A DNA stretch of 64,000 nucleotides from an uncultured bacterium. Its GTDB lineage: Bacteria; Patescibacteriota; Minisyncoccia; Phycocordibacterales; CAIZLB01. Shown here one piece after another: positions 30,285 through 39,635 of this stretch. Positions within the stretch are counted from its first letter, which is position 1. Each line of letters starts with the position of its first letter. Under the pieces are notes generated by a model, which was not told where the DNA came from, made no database searches, and was given only the letters and a program-made list of their open reading frames with translations. The stretch lies in contig CAIJKW010000006.1 of assembly GCA_903821355.1 (NCBI GenBank), positions 23,898 to 87,897 on the forward strand, written 5' to 3'. A program made the position numbers and the translations under genes.

Positions 30285-30716
30285 CTAAAGAATTATTTTC
30301 TTTACAGGAGTCTTTTGAAAATTTAACATCCACTCAACTCCATATTTATCTGTGACAAGTCCAAATAAGGCACCCCAGAAAGTATCATCTACAGGCATGA
30401 AGACATCACCATCTTCTGAAAGCTTCTCAAATATTTTTCTAATTTCCTCTTCACTCTCACACTCAAGTGATATTCCAACACTGTCTCCAATAATTGCTCT
30501 ATCACGCATCATGTCAGAACCGACAAGAATCCAATCACCTTTTTTCAAAGTTGAATGCATAATTAAATCTTGCTTATCATCTGACATATCTTTTGCCACA
30601 GGACTTTCTTTGACTGTCATAAACTCTAACTCACCACCAAGACACTCCTTGTAAAAATTCATAGCCTCGACACACTTACCGTCATTGAATCTAATAAATG
30701 GATTAATTTTAGTCAT
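30285..30716 (-). CDS. VOC (glyoxalase/bleomycin-resistance, PhnB-like) family protein
   Basis: 143 aa. Two βαβββ modules. The N-terminus INPFIRFNDGKCVEAMNFYKECLGGE is typical of PhnB-like proteins. Confidence 0.65.
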   Translation of the reverse strand: MTKINPFIRFNDGKCVEAMNFYKECLGGELEFMTVKESPVAKDMSDDKQDLIMHSTLKKGDWILVGSDMMRDRAIIGDSVGISLECESEEEIRKIFEKLSEDGDVFMPVDDTFWGALFGLVTDKYGVEWMLNFQKTPVKKIIL

Positions 30717-30844
30717 ATGTTTAAGGTTAAGATTGTTAATCTCTAATTATATCAAAAACTACTATTGATTAAAATAGTATTTTATAACTTAAAATATAAG
30801 GCTTTTTTGGGTTAGTCTGACTTAATTCTAAATTGACCAAACGT

Positions 30845-31324
30845 TTATTTAGATGACAAAAAGTTCTTCAGCTTTTCTAGTTGTTGAGCAAAACCGTATT
30901 CCATTCCCTCAGCAGCCATACCTGCATCTGGCCCAGCCTTATTTATAGCTGCTTTGATTTTTACTTTAGTTTTACCATCCACTTCTATTAATGTAATCTC
31001 AGTAGTTTGGTCAATTGTTGTTTCCTTTTTTTTTCCTTCAGTCCAAGCCTTTGCATTATATGAAAGTTTTTCATTTGGTTTAACAACAGTAAATTCTGCT
31101 AGCATTGGCCATTGTGTTCCTTTGAAAGGACCCATTGCCTCTCCCGCTTCCATGACAATATAAAATTTTCCACCCACTCTTAAATCAACCTCACATTCCG
31201 GTATTGTGACATCATTTGGCCCCCACCATTTTTTTAACATTTCCGAATTAGTCCAAGCTTCCCAAACTTTTTCCAACGAAGCACCGTAGGTTCTTTCGAG
31301 TTCAATTTCTTTAATAGGTTTCAT
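30845..31324 (-). CDS. SRPBCC/AHSA1-domain protein (activator of Hsp90 ATPase homologue-like)
   Basis: IELERTYGASLEKVWEAWTNSEMLKKWWGP is the Aha1/SRPBCC N-terminal signature. Start taken at MKPIK. Confidence 0.6.
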   Translation of the reverse strand: MKPIKEIELERTYGASLEKVWEAWTNSEMLKKWWGPNDVTIPECEVDLRVGGKFYIVMEAGEAMGPFKGTQWPMLAEFTVVKPNEKLSYNAKAWTEGKKKETTIDQTTEITLIEVDGKTKVKIKAAINKAGPDAGMAAEGMEYGFAQQLEKLKNFLSSK

Positions 31325-31442
31325 AATTTTTTTGTTAATTATTCTATTAATAGATCGACTACAATCAATTATATCAAAAATTGACCCTTTTTCAATGTCC
31401 AAATTAGGCTATATAATCTGGCTTTTTAAGGACTTTATTTTC

Positions 31443-31652
31443 TTAGGATTTATCGTTTAGATATTTACCAGCTACACTCAATGCAAATGAAGGCAGTATT
31501 ACAAAGACAGTTGCAAACAAGAGTCTGATAAATATTTTACTTATAAAAGAATCTGGCGAATCTGGTCCAGAACCAGTTATAACAACCAAAATACCAATAA
31601 TTCCAAAAACGATGGATGAGTAAATGAAGATCCTTGTTGCTATTTTTTGCAT
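31443..31652 (-). CDS. hypothetical small membrane protein (2 TM)
   Basis: 69-aa ORF with two hydrophobic helices. Confidence 0.4.
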   Translation of the reverse strand: MQKIATRIFIYSSIVFGIIGILVVITGSGPDSPDSFISKIFIRLLFATVFVILPSFALSVAGKYLNDKS

Positions 31653-31758
31653 GATTTTAGTATAACAGCGGAAGTAAGATCAGTAAACCACGACTATAAA
31701 ATCCTAATATGTATAGAATGAAATGTTTCTTTGTCTTCTTCGTATCCAAATTTATATC

Positions 31759-32316
31759 CTATTTTGTCAGTTCCCTTACTACCACATTTTTATATGGATA
31801 AATATGATATTCCACAAAATGCATATTTTGACCCGAACCGTTCTTTCCATCGATTTCTTTTTCAATTTTTCCACCCATTGATTCGGGAATTCTTCGGCTG
31901 GCAATATTTTTGTCAGCTACTGGATATATTATGTATTGATAATCCAAATTACTATCAGCCCAATCTTTAAGAGCCCGCATTGTTTCCATTCCATAGCCAT
32001 GACCATGAGCAGACTTCTTTATCCATATACCAAGCTCCGGTGTTTTAGTATCAAGATGATGTAAACCTCCACAACCCAAAAATTCCTTCGTGTTTTTATC
32101 GAGAATAACAATTTGTAAATTCTTACCTTCAGAATTTTCTTTGATTGACGAATTTATAAAATCAACAGTTTCTCGTATTGATTCAGCTGGCTTAGGTATC
32201 ATATAAAAAGCAATTTCTGGAGTGAATTCCTTAAAAATATTTTCTTTATACTCTAAGCTTATAGATTTAAGCAAAAGTCGTTTTGTCTCTATTTCTTCTG
32301 GAATCTTTTTATTCAT
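31759..32316 (-). CDS. GNAT family N-acetyltransferase (RimJ/RimL-like)
   Basis: …VILDKNTKEFLGCGGLHHLD…GIWIKKSAHGHGYGMETMRAL… matches the acetyl-CoA binding motif A region. Confidence 0.7.
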   Translation of the reverse strand: MNKKIPEEIETKRLLLKSISLEYKENIFKEFTPEIAFYMIPKPAESIRETVDFINSSIKENSEGKNLQIVILDKNTKEFLGCGGLHHLDTKTPELGIWIKKSAHGHGYGMETMRALKDWADSNLDYQYIIYPVADKNIASRRIPESMGGKIEKEIDGKNGSGQNMHFVEYHIYPYKNVVVRELTK

Positions 32317-32478
32317 ATATAAATAATACCATAGGTTCAAACTCCATACCTAGGTATAAAAATAAGCCCATATATATTACATGTAAATTTGCGCTTTTTT
32401 GTAAAAAGAAGTAATATCGCAACTAGTATTCACCCCCCAACCCCCGTAAATCAGCAACCCCAATAGAAAGGAAACACA

Positions 32479-33039
32479 TTGAAAAATAACACCGTATATC
32501 TGCTCATCGGACAACGAGGAGCAGGAAAAAGTCACTACGCCGGCAGGCTCAAAGAAAGACAGCCTGAACTTGAGTTGATAAGTCGAGATGAAATCCTCAT
32601 ACGTTTGTTTGGCACAACCAGCTTGTGCTCTTACACTGGCGGCCACTTCCACGCTAGCAACGAAGTGTTTCAGGAGATTGAGAAGACCTTCTCGGATAGC
32701 AACGAGAAAAAAGTCCTTCTCGACTTCTGGACAGGCTTCAGTAATGAGAGATGGTCACTCGTGCAAAAGCTGCGCCAACTTGGAGCCGAGCGCATCATAG
32801 CTCTCTACTTCATGACCCCGCTTCCGCTTGTCGAGAAATGGTTCTGGTCAAAACCTGGAATCGCACGAATGAGCGAAATGAGGTCAAAAAACGGAGAAAA
32901 AGGTGTTGCGTTTTATTCAGACACCGCACCCGCTCACGACTTTCAACTCTTTCATCAAGAAGCCCAAAAAATTGACCGTGATGGATTCGACGAGGTCATC
33001 CGAATCGATCCACAAGGCGAGCTGGTTCTCTTGACTTGA
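32479..33039 (+). CDS. P-loop kinase (AAA_33/zeta-toxin-like nucleotide kinase); TTG start
   Basis: Walker A LIGQRGAGKSHYA. About 50% GC. The start at 32479 reads TTG and follows an AAGGAAA RBS. Confidence 0.55.
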   Translation: MKNNTVYLLIGQRGAGKSHYAGRLKERQPELELISRDEILIRLFGTTSLCSYTGGHFHASNEVFQEIEKTFSDSNEKKVLLDFWTGFSNERWSLVQKLRQLGAERIIALYFMTPLPLVEKWFWSKPGIARMSEMRSKNGEKGVAFYSDTAPAHDFQLFHQEAQKIDRDGFDEVIRIDPQGELVLLT

Positions 33040-33053
33040 GAGAAAACCAAACC

Positions 33054-33092
33054 AAGCCACCCGACAGTACGTCTGCCGGGTGGCTTTCCCTT
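33054..33092. terminator. bidirectional rho-independent terminator
   Basis: AGCCACCCG…CGGGTGGCT 9-bp GC-rich hairpin followed by TTTCCCTT. It lies between convergent genes. Confidence 0.55.
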
Positions 33093-33129
33093 AATTTAGA
33101 AAACCATATTACTTGAATGTACGTAAATT

Positions 33130-33630
33130 TTAAATATCTTTCCTCATTAAAACTCCATCCGCATAATGAATGCTCACCTTACCTTCCCCATCCTCTTGCT
33201 CCCAAGAATCTTTAGTTTCCCCACAAACCTCATACCCTAATTTCTTATATAAGTCCTGTGCTTTAGTATTCTCTTTTTCTACACCAAGCATTGCAACATT
33301 AATACCCCTAGATTTAATTCTGTTTTCTAATTCTTTAATTAATCGAGTTCCAATACCCAATCCTCGTAATGACTCCTTTGTAATAATTTGCCACATAGTT
33401 CCAGCGTCTTTATGAACCTTGTAATCTACACCACCAATAGATATAGGATGTCCTTCCTCATCTCTGACAGCCAAATAGTCAACTTCGCCTTTCTCTACTC
33501 GTTCAAGAGCTTCTTTAACATAACGAATATGAGTCGGTGAGCCAGACCAAGAGATTTTATCTAAATCGTTAATAGTTAGATTATCAACGATTAATGAATT
33601 TACATCCATTACCTTTTTATTTTCTGTCAT
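33130..33630 (-). CDS. GNAT family N-acetyltransferase
   Basis: …ISIGGVDYKVHKD…LRGLGIGTRLIKELENRIKSRG… matches motif A (Q/RxxGxG/A). Confidence 0.75.
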   Translation of the reverse strand: MTENKKVMDVNSLIVDNLTINDLDKISWSGSPTHIRYVKEALERVEKGEVDYLAVRDEEGHPISIGGVDYKVHKDAGTMWQIITKESLRGLGIGTRLIKELENRIKSRGINVAMLGVEKENTKAQDLYKKLGYEVCGETKDSWEQEDGEGKVSIHYADGVLMRKDI

Positions 33631-33631
33631 A

Positions 33632-34069
33632 TTATTCTTTAGATAAGTTATTTAAATACTCCTCCATCAATATTATATCCTCAAGGTCTTTTGGATTACC
33701 AAGTTCTTTTTTGAACTTAATAAATTCCTCGAGCTTAATAAATGGATAGCTATTTATAATATCAGCATTTTCTATTAGACTTTTTGTATCACCTATATAA
33801 TTTCCAAACATAAAATTTGGGAGAATATCAACATCTTCGCCTTTAAGCATCAGTCTACTGGTTTGCATACATTGTTCACAAGTACATTGTTTGTATTCTC
33901 CGCTTTCCAATAGAGTCTTATATAGATTTGGTGTTACCAATATATCAAGGTCATGAGCTTCTCTTATTCCATGTGCTGTCATAGATCCACCCACAACAAC
34001 ATATTCTCCTCTTGGCAGGTTTAGAGATGCTAGTTTTTTGTATATATCCATATAATTGAATTGTATCAT
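33632..34069 (-). CDS. putative nucleotidyltransferase-fold protein
   Basis: VVVGGSMTAHGIREAHDLDILV resembles the GS…D.D motif of the minimal nucleotidyltransferase fold. Confidence 0.4.
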   Translation of the reverse strand: MIQFNYMDIYKKLASLNLPRGEYVVVGGSMTAHGIREAHDLDILVTPNLYKTLLESGEYKQCTCEQCMQTSRLMLKGEDVDILPNFMFGNYIGDTKSLIENADIINSYPFIKLEEFIKFKKELGNPKDLEDIILMEEYLNNLSKE

Positions 34070-34159
34070 AGGTTCGAACTCGATTTAAGGTAAACAAAAA
34101 ATACCCTTGCAAAACAAGGATATTTTACGAGGCTTCGCACATGGGACGATCTTCAATTT
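34070..34159 (+). repeat. cassette-boundary repeat R1 (5' module AGGTTCGAACT…, terminator hairpin CCTTG/CAAGG+ATATTTTAC, 3' module GGCTTCGCACATGGGACGAT)
   Basis: Member of the R1-R8 family. It fills exactly the gap between genes 33632-34069 and 34161-34769. Confidence 0.7.
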
Positions 34160-34160
34160 A

Positions 34161-34769
34161 TTATTGCACATGGCTTAAACCAAAATTTTTATCCATTTCT
34201 TCAATAAAATATCTCCTTACCTCTTCATTCTGTATACACCCAGCAACATAACTCTTATCCCAAGCACGATCTATCATTTGTTTCTTTATGGCGTCATTTG
34301 AATCAAATAATTCCCCAATATCGATAAGAACTATCTCATCTTTTGTATTAAGCCCGTAGTTCTTTGTAATATTAAAACTCTTATCTATCACACCAAGACC
34401 AAGGAGCTTTTTATTAAAAAAGATAAATTTGTCGATGGTGTTTTTCATGGATAGTACATCAGACCTTGAGAATAAATCATGAATAGGCGTAACCTTGTCT
34501 TGTTCAAAATCTAGTTCATTTATAAAATGTGGATTGGCAATATAATCGGCTGGAATATTTTTTGTTTTAAGTACATTAAATGAACGTAAGGCTGTCTTCT
34601 TCATACCTCTAGAAAATTCAGGTATTTTTGTAAATGAATCCTCTCGAAACGGAAATATGGTTTTTAATATAACCCAGTATGATTTTATAGGTGAGTGGAA
34701 CCTCTTAAGAACGCGTCCATTATTCAAATCATACACGCTATATTGCCAACCTTCACCTATTTTTTTCAT
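34161..34769 (-). CDS. hypothetical protein, possibly kinase-like fold
   Basis: The N-terminus GEGWQYSVYDLNNGRVLKRF resembles a Gly-rich loop and a β3 Lys. …LIDIGELF… is DFG-like. The assignment is weak. Confidence 0.4.
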   Translation of the reverse strand: MKKIGEGWQYSVYDLNNGRVLKRFHSPIKSYWVILKTIFPFREDSFTKIPEFSRGMKKTALRSFNVLKTKNIPADYIANPHFINELDFEQDKVTPIHDLFSRSDVLSMKNTIDKFIFFNKKLLGLGVIDKSFNITKNYGLNTKDEIVLIDIGELFDSNDAIKKQMIDRAWDKSYVAGCIQNEEVRRYFIEEMDKNFGLSHVQ

Positions 34770-34902
34770 ATAAAAATTGTATCACAAGTTTAAACTTTTA
34801 TATAACAACAAACCAGCCACCAGAGGTCTTTGTAGACATGGTGGCTTGGGGTTGATGTTGTTTGATGTTATTGCGTCGCTGACGACAGTGGATTTTGAAA
34901 GC

Positions 34903-35256
34903 TCATGGGTCAAGCCATCTCTTACCTTCTCTGGTGTGTGGGTTGATATACCCAACACCAAAGATGTGGATAGGGTCGGGACAGCCGTGCATAAACTCGT
35001 TGAAACTCCTCATCCGCCTTCGCTGTCTAGACCGATTTGCCTGTCCCTTATCTTGAGTAAACAGAAGACAGCCTTCATACAACTCGTAGGAGAAAAGTTT
35101 TTTCAATTTCAGAAGCCTAGCGAGATGAAAGGCTACCTCATTTCTTGAAAAACCAGTCTCTTCCGTGAAGTCGTCGAAACTTTTGATGTCACACCTTGTC
35201 AATTCAAGGAGTTTTTCTCGTCTATTGTGTGCTTTTGTTTGATTTTGTTCATTCAT
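34903..35256 (-). CDS. hypothetical protein (uncertain; overlaps a plus-strand ORF 34777-35148)
   Basis: ORF only. The N-terminal half looks protein-like and the C-terminal half is Arg-rich. Confidence 0.25.
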   Translation of the reverse strand: MNEQNQTKAHNRREKLLELTRCDIKSFDDFTEETGFSRNEVAFHLARLLKLKKLFSYELYEGCLLFTQDKGQANRSRQRRRMRSFNEFMHGCPDPIHIFGVGYINPHTREGKRWLDP

Positions 35257-35472
35257 TTGTTGCCTCCTCTCTGGTCTGTGTGTAAAGTAAGTCGTATATT
35301 AAAACACCGAGCAATACCTTAGTGGTGTCTAATAGCAGATTTTTCACGTCAGTTTGTTCTATTGGTTTTCAGTTTGTAGAGGTTTAGCTCAAAGACTTCC
35401 AAGGCAAAGAGCTGTTTTATTCATCAAAAGGATATTCTTTTATATACAGGAAGTCAATGTCATTTTTGAATT

Positions 35473-35560
35473 AGGTTCGAACTCAATTTAAGGTAAACAA
35501 AGATGCCTTTACAGAATAAGGATATTTTACTATGCTCCGAACCTGGGACGATGTTCGAAT
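35473..35560 (+). repeat. cassette-boundary repeat R2
   Basis: AGGTTCGAACTCAATTTAAGGTAAACAAA…CCTTTACAGAATAAGGATATTTTAC…GCTCCGAACCTGGGACGATGTTCGAAT. Confidence 0.7.
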
Positions 35561-35631
35561 GATTGTTTTATGTAAATGAAAACCATCCCTGTCACGAGCG
35601 GCTTTCGTGAGGGGTGGTGAAGGTGGATTAC

Positions 35632-35850
35632 TCAACAGGGATTACCCCATATGTTATATCTGATAAAGTGTTTTTCACCCTGTTGGTCTAACCACTCCAT
35701 CCAAGAGATTGATACTCTCGCAAAGCCGTTGAGTCCAATCTGTACAGTGTCACCGACGTTGAGTTTTGGGGGAGGGTCAATTTCAACCCTTGCTCCACCC
35801 ACAAACTCAACCAACCCGAAACCTAAGCGACTTACTACATGTTTTATCAT
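35632..35850 (-). CDS. hypothetical small protein
   Basis: 72-aa ORF inside cassette 2. Confidence 0.35.
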   Translation of the reverse strand: MIKHVVSRLGFGLVEFVGGARVEIDPPPKLNVGDTVQIGLNGFARVSISWMEWLDQQGEKHFIRYNIWGNPC

Positions 35851-35879
35851 AATACTTGTTGGCTGGTGTTACTGTTATT

Positions 35880-36026
35880 TCAGGACTTCATCTCTCGTGC
35901 GCTGGCGATTGCCGTCAAAGCGTTCTTGAGATATTCTTCAGCTTTTCCATAAGAGCTGTCTTTCATCGCTAGACTGGCAAGCTCTGCGAAAAGCCGTGCG
36001 ACTTTTTCGTAATCTTTCTTTTTCAT
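35880..36026 (-). CDS. hypothetical small protein (48 aa; not in the ORF track)
   Basis: ATG at 36026 to TGA: MKKKDYEKVARLFAELASLAMKDSSYGKAEEYLKNALTAIASAREMKS. Helical. Adjacent to the 72-aa ORF. Confidence 0.3.
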   Translation of the reverse strand: MKKKDYEKVARLFAELASLAMKDSSYGKAEEYLKNALTAIASAREMKS

Positions 36027-36144
36027 AATGACTTTGGTTCTGTGTTTTTAGTGGTTCAGCTCCGAGACTTCCAAATCAAAGAGCTGTTGTATTCATCAAA
36101 AGAATATTCTTTTACATACGAGAAGTCAATGTCATTTTATAATT

Positions 36145-36292
36145 AGGTTCGAACTAGATTTAAGGTAAACAAAAAATACCCTTACAGAATAAGGATATTT
36201 TACGAGGCTCCGAACTTGGGAGGTTGCTCCCTTTTTGTTCAAGAACGTAGTGATTGAATACAAATAGCAGTCCCCTTTAGGGGGTTCGAATT
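36145..36292 (+). repeat. cassette-boundary repeat R3 (full unit plus an extra CCCCT/AGGGG hairpin and GTTCGAAT motif at 36271-36291)
   Basis: AGGTTCGAACTAGATTTAAGGTAAACAAAAAATACCCTTACAGAATAAGGATATTTTACGAGGCTCCGAACTTGGGAGG…GGGGGTTCGAATTATT. Confidence 0.7.
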
Positions 36293-36299
36293 ATTACCA

Positions 36300-37280
36300 T
36301 CAACGATAAATAGTGCTTTCAGGAGGCCATTCTCCAGTTGGAATAGCTGAATTTTTAAAGTAAACCAAGTCTTCTGGTTTAATACTATCTTCAATACCAA
36401 TCATATCGGCAATGCTTTTCATTGAATAGTAGTAAACATAATAATGTCGCAACCTTTTTAATGTAGGATCTTGTGACATATTCATATCCCAAAGTTCCTT
36501 AGGTCTAGGTAAAAGAGCCTCAATGATATGGTAATCAATTGAACCATCTTCCTTCTTGTAAATAGTTATATTATTTTGGCCGAATATATCAATCATCAAT
36601 CCTGTTCTTTTTGTATATTCAATAATTTTTGAAACAATCTCTCTTACTACTATTTTATATTTTTCGTCCTTTAGCAATTCTTCAAAACTAACAAGAAAAT
36701 TATCATCAATAATACTACGAGTCTCCCTCAAGGCTTCGTCTATATTAATTTGCTTAAAAAAATCAGTATGCGTAATTAAATCAGTACTAAACTCTATTGT
36801 TGAAAATTTTTCTGGATCTCTAAGCTCCTCCGCTACAACCTGAGTCTCCGCCAACATTTCTATTTCAGTTTCAAAATAATCTGGTAATTTTTCAACAGCA
36901 TTAGCCCTTTCATTTCCCAAGAAAGATAGTAAAAATTCTTTTGTAATTGGTATTTTTATTTTAAATACTCCTGTCTTTAAAAAATGTTCTTCTCCAAAAA
37001 TATCTTTTATTTCTTTTTCATCTCTTTCCAGTTCATCTATTTGTTCTCTTTGTGCTTCATGATTTTTATTCTCAAAATCATCAGGTGAGTAATTTTCAGC
37101 CGACAACAAATTTGATATTTTTTGTCTTAAAACAGTTTGACTGACTTTTATTATTTTTCTTGTACTTCCAGGAGTTTCTAATACCACTTTGTCAGCGCCA
37201 ATTCCAACGAATTTATATCCACGTTTTTTTAACGGCTCCTGATCTAAAATTTCTTTTATTCTCTGTTTTGTCTCTTCCAT
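36300..37280 (-). CDS. hypothetical protein
   Basis: 326-aa ORF with an acidic central region. No family recognised. Confidence 0.5.
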   Translation of the reverse strand: MEETKQRIKEILDQEPLKKRGYKFVGIGADKVVLETPGSTRKIIKVSQTVLRQKISNLLSAENYSPDDFENKNHEAQREQIDELERDEKEIKDIFGEEHFLKTGVFKIKIPITKEFLLSFLGNERANAVEKLPDYFETEIEMLAETQVVAEELRDPEKFSTIEFSTDLITHTDFFKQINIDEALRETRSIIDDNFLVSFEELLKDEKYKIVVREIVSKIIEYTKRTGLMIDIFGQNNITIYKKEDGSIDYHIIEALLPRPKELWDMNMSQDPTLKRLRHYYVYYYSMKSIADMIGIEDSIKPEDLVYFKNSAIPTGEWPPESTIYR

Positions 37281-37344
37281 GCATTTATTTTAACATTTAT
37301 ATTTAGCTATACATATAGAAAAAGAATGGCAATATGTAGGCATA

Positions 37345-37407
37345 AAAATAACCCTATATTATTAGGGGTATTTTCGTCGGCTCCGCACCTGGGAGGATGT
37401 TCGAATG
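37345..37407 (+). repeat. cassette-boundary repeat R4 (terminator hairpin ACCCTATATTATTAGGGGT+ATTTTCG, then GGCTCCGCACCTGGGAGGATGTTCGAATG)
   Basis: GGCTCCGC is identical to the complement of the tRNA-Asn acceptor 3' end (49015-49022). Confidence 0.7.
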
Positions 37408-37581
37408 TTAATAAACAAGGTAGAATAAACAGACACCATCAAAACCGTGAAAATATCTATTTTTATGAGGCTTTTCACGGTTTTGATTGATTAACGTAAT
37501 GCATGGTTTCCTTACATTACTTGACTCAATGTAAGCAAAAAGGTATACTTTGCTTACATTGTTAAAAAGATGTAAACAAAC

Positions 37582-38724
37582 ATGAAATCAATACAAATTG
37601 GAGAATTAATACAACAAAAAAGTGGCTTTAAAGCATTCGTCCCCTACCCCTTTCCCCCAAAAGGTGGTTTTGAATTTAACCAAAAGACCCTAAAAAAAGT
37701 TGATGAAGCAACCCGTCTACTTGGTAAACTTGATGGAATTACAAAACTACTACCAGATGTAGATTTCTTTTTAGGTATGTACCTTAGAAAAGACGCAGCT
37801 TCATCAAGTCAAATTGAAGGAACAATGGCAACAATGATTGATGCGATTGAGGCTGAGGTAAATTCTAATGCAAGTATTCCTCCTGATGTCGATGATATTT
37901 TACATTACATCAAAGCTCTTAATTACGGTATGAAGCGAGTACAACAAGATAACTTTCCAATGTCTCTGCGTTTTATAAGAGAGCTACATAAACACTTGAT
38001 GGACAAAGCACGTTCAACGCACTTTTCAGATCCAGGCGAATTTAGAAAATCACAAAATTGGATTGGTGGCACGCGTCCAGACAATGCCCGTTTTGTTCCT
38101 CCACCAGTTGAAGAAATGAAAGTATCACTTAGTGATCTTGAAAAGTTTATGCACGGAGATGATGACAACCTTACTCTGGTTAAAGCAGCCCTAATTCATG
38201 CTCAATTTGAGACTATTCACCCGTTCTTGGATGGTAATGGTAGAACTGGTCGAATGATTATAACCTTCTATCTTTGGAAAGAGGGGTATCTTGAAAAACC
38301 TGTTTTATTTTTATCCTCATATTTCAAAAAACATCAAAAAGTTTATTACGAGAAACTTCTTAACTATCACTTTGGTGGTGTTGAAGAATGGGTAGAATTC
38401 TTTCTTGATGGTGTTGCTGAAATTGCGAATGAAGCAATAGATATTGTTGGTAAGATTACAAAACTACGCGACAAAGATATGTTAAAAATTCAAACACTGG
38501 GAAAACGTGCCGCGATGAGTGCTGGTATTGTATTACCTAAATTATACGAACAACCTATTGTTAATATTGCTTCTATTCAAAAAATGACTAATTTTTCAAG
38601 AGTAGGATCTCAAGATATTATCAATCGTTTCATCGAAATGGATATTTTAGTTCCGAAAGATAAAGATAAGAAATATGGACAATCATACATATACAAGAAA
38701 TATGTTGATATTTTTTCTGAGTAG
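37582..38724 (+). CDS. Fic family protein (AMPylator/phosphocholine transferase-type Fido domain)
   Basis: Canonical Fic motif HPFLDGNGRTGRMII. Confidence 0.85.
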   Translation: MKSIQIGELIQQKSGFKAFVPYPFPPKGGFEFNQKTLKKVDEATRLLGKLDGITKLLPDVDFFLGMYLRKDAASSSQIEGTMATMIDAIEAEVNSNASIPPDVDDILHYIKALNYGMKRVQQDNFPMSLRFIRELHKHLMDKARSTHFSDPGEFRKSQNWIGGTRPDNARFVPPPVEEMKVSLSDLEKFMHGDDDNLTLVKAALIHAQFETIHPFLDGNGRTGRMIITFYLWKEGYLEKPVLFLSSYFKKHQKVYYEKLLNYHFGGVEEWVEFFLDGVAEIANEAIDIVGKITKLRDKDMLKIQTLGKRAAMSAGIVLPKLYEQPIVNIASIQKMTNFSRVGSQDIINRFIEMDILVPKDKDKKYGQSYIYKKYVDIFSE

Positions 38725-38752
38725 AGGAGCTTTTAGTTAAATATCTTGTCCT

Positions 38753-38785
38753 AACTGGCTTCGAACTTGGGACGATGTTCGAATA
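38753..38785 (+). repeat. cassette-boundary repeat R5 (AACTGGCTTCGAACTTGGGACGATGTTCGAATA)
   Basis: AACTGGCT(C/T)CG matches 49009-49019 at the tRNA-Asn 3' end / recombinase stop region. Confidence 0.7.
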
Positions 38786-38829
38786 ATTTTTATTAACACA
38801 TTTCTATAATATGATATAATCTTCGAATA

Positions 38830-39342
38830 ATGAGGAAAAACGATAATAATTATGCTTTTATCGATAGTCAAAACTTAAATCTAGGTATAAAAGACTTGGG
38901 TTGGAAATTAGACTTCTATAAATTTAGAAGGTATCTTACTGAAAAGTATTCTGTTACTAAAGCATATATGTTTATTGGATATGTTCCTGGAAATGAAGCT
39001 CTATATACGGCACTACAGAATATGGGTTATATTTGCATATTTAAACCGACTCTTGAGTTAAAGGATGGAAGAGTCAAAGGTAATGTTGATGCTGAATTAG
39101 TACTTCATACAATGATTCAATTAAATAATTTCAATAAAGCGATTGTAGTATCAGGTGACGGAGATTTTTATTGTCTAATTGAGCATTTAATAAAAGAAAA
39201 CAAACTAGAAATCTTACTTGTTCCAGATGAAAGAAGGTATTCTGCGCTACTTAAGAGGCTTAGTTCACCAGATAAAAATATCTTTGAATTTCTTAATAAA
39301 AAACGAGGTCAACTTGAGTATATAAATGAAAAGGCTCTGTAA
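38830..39342 (+). CDS. NYN-domain (LabA/PIN-like) putative ribonuclease
   Basis: N-terminal YAFIDSQNL and …AIVVSGDGDF… are typical acidic residues of the NYN/PIN fold. Confidence 0.7.
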   Translation: MRKNDNNYAFIDSQNLNLGIKDLGWKLDFYKFRRYLTEKYSVTKAYMFIGYVPGNEALYTALQNMGYICIFKPTLELKDGRVKGNVDAELVLHTMIQLNNFNKAIVVSGDGDFYCLIEHLIKENKLEILLVPDERRYSALLKRLSSPDKNIFEFLNKKRGQLEYINEKAL

Positions 39343-39415
39343 GGGACGGGACCCCTACAGAACCTTTTCGTCGTGATGTGTATATTATATCAAGAGTTGT
39401 CTGTTAGTCAAGTAG

Positions 39416-39479
39416 AAAAATAACCCCATATTCATAGGGCTATTTTCACTGGCTCCCTATCTTGGACGAGTTCAGAACC
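39416..39479 (+). repeat. cassette-boundary repeat R6 (hairpin ACCCCATATTCATAGGG+TATTTTC; ACTGGCTCCCTATCTTGGACGAGTTCAGAAC)
   Basis: ACTGGCTCC is identical to 49010-49018. Confidence 0.7.
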
Positions 39480-39635
39480 ATTAATTGGCAGAACATTAAA
39501 ATTAAATTAGGTAGATTGAGTTTTGTATAAAAATTTAACACCATCCGAAGATGGTGTCATTACCCCGAAGAATTGAACTTCGGTAACGGTTTGTAACCGA
39601 GTGGAGAATACCACTATTTAGACAATTCCCTGCCG

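Noticed and set aside
34777-35148. Plus-strand 123-aa ORF overlapping the minus-strand ORF 34903-35256.
   Set aside because: Only one of the overlapping ORFs can plausibly be real and neither has family support. The minus-strand one fits the cassette orientation, so the plus-strand ORF was dropped (both are low confidence).
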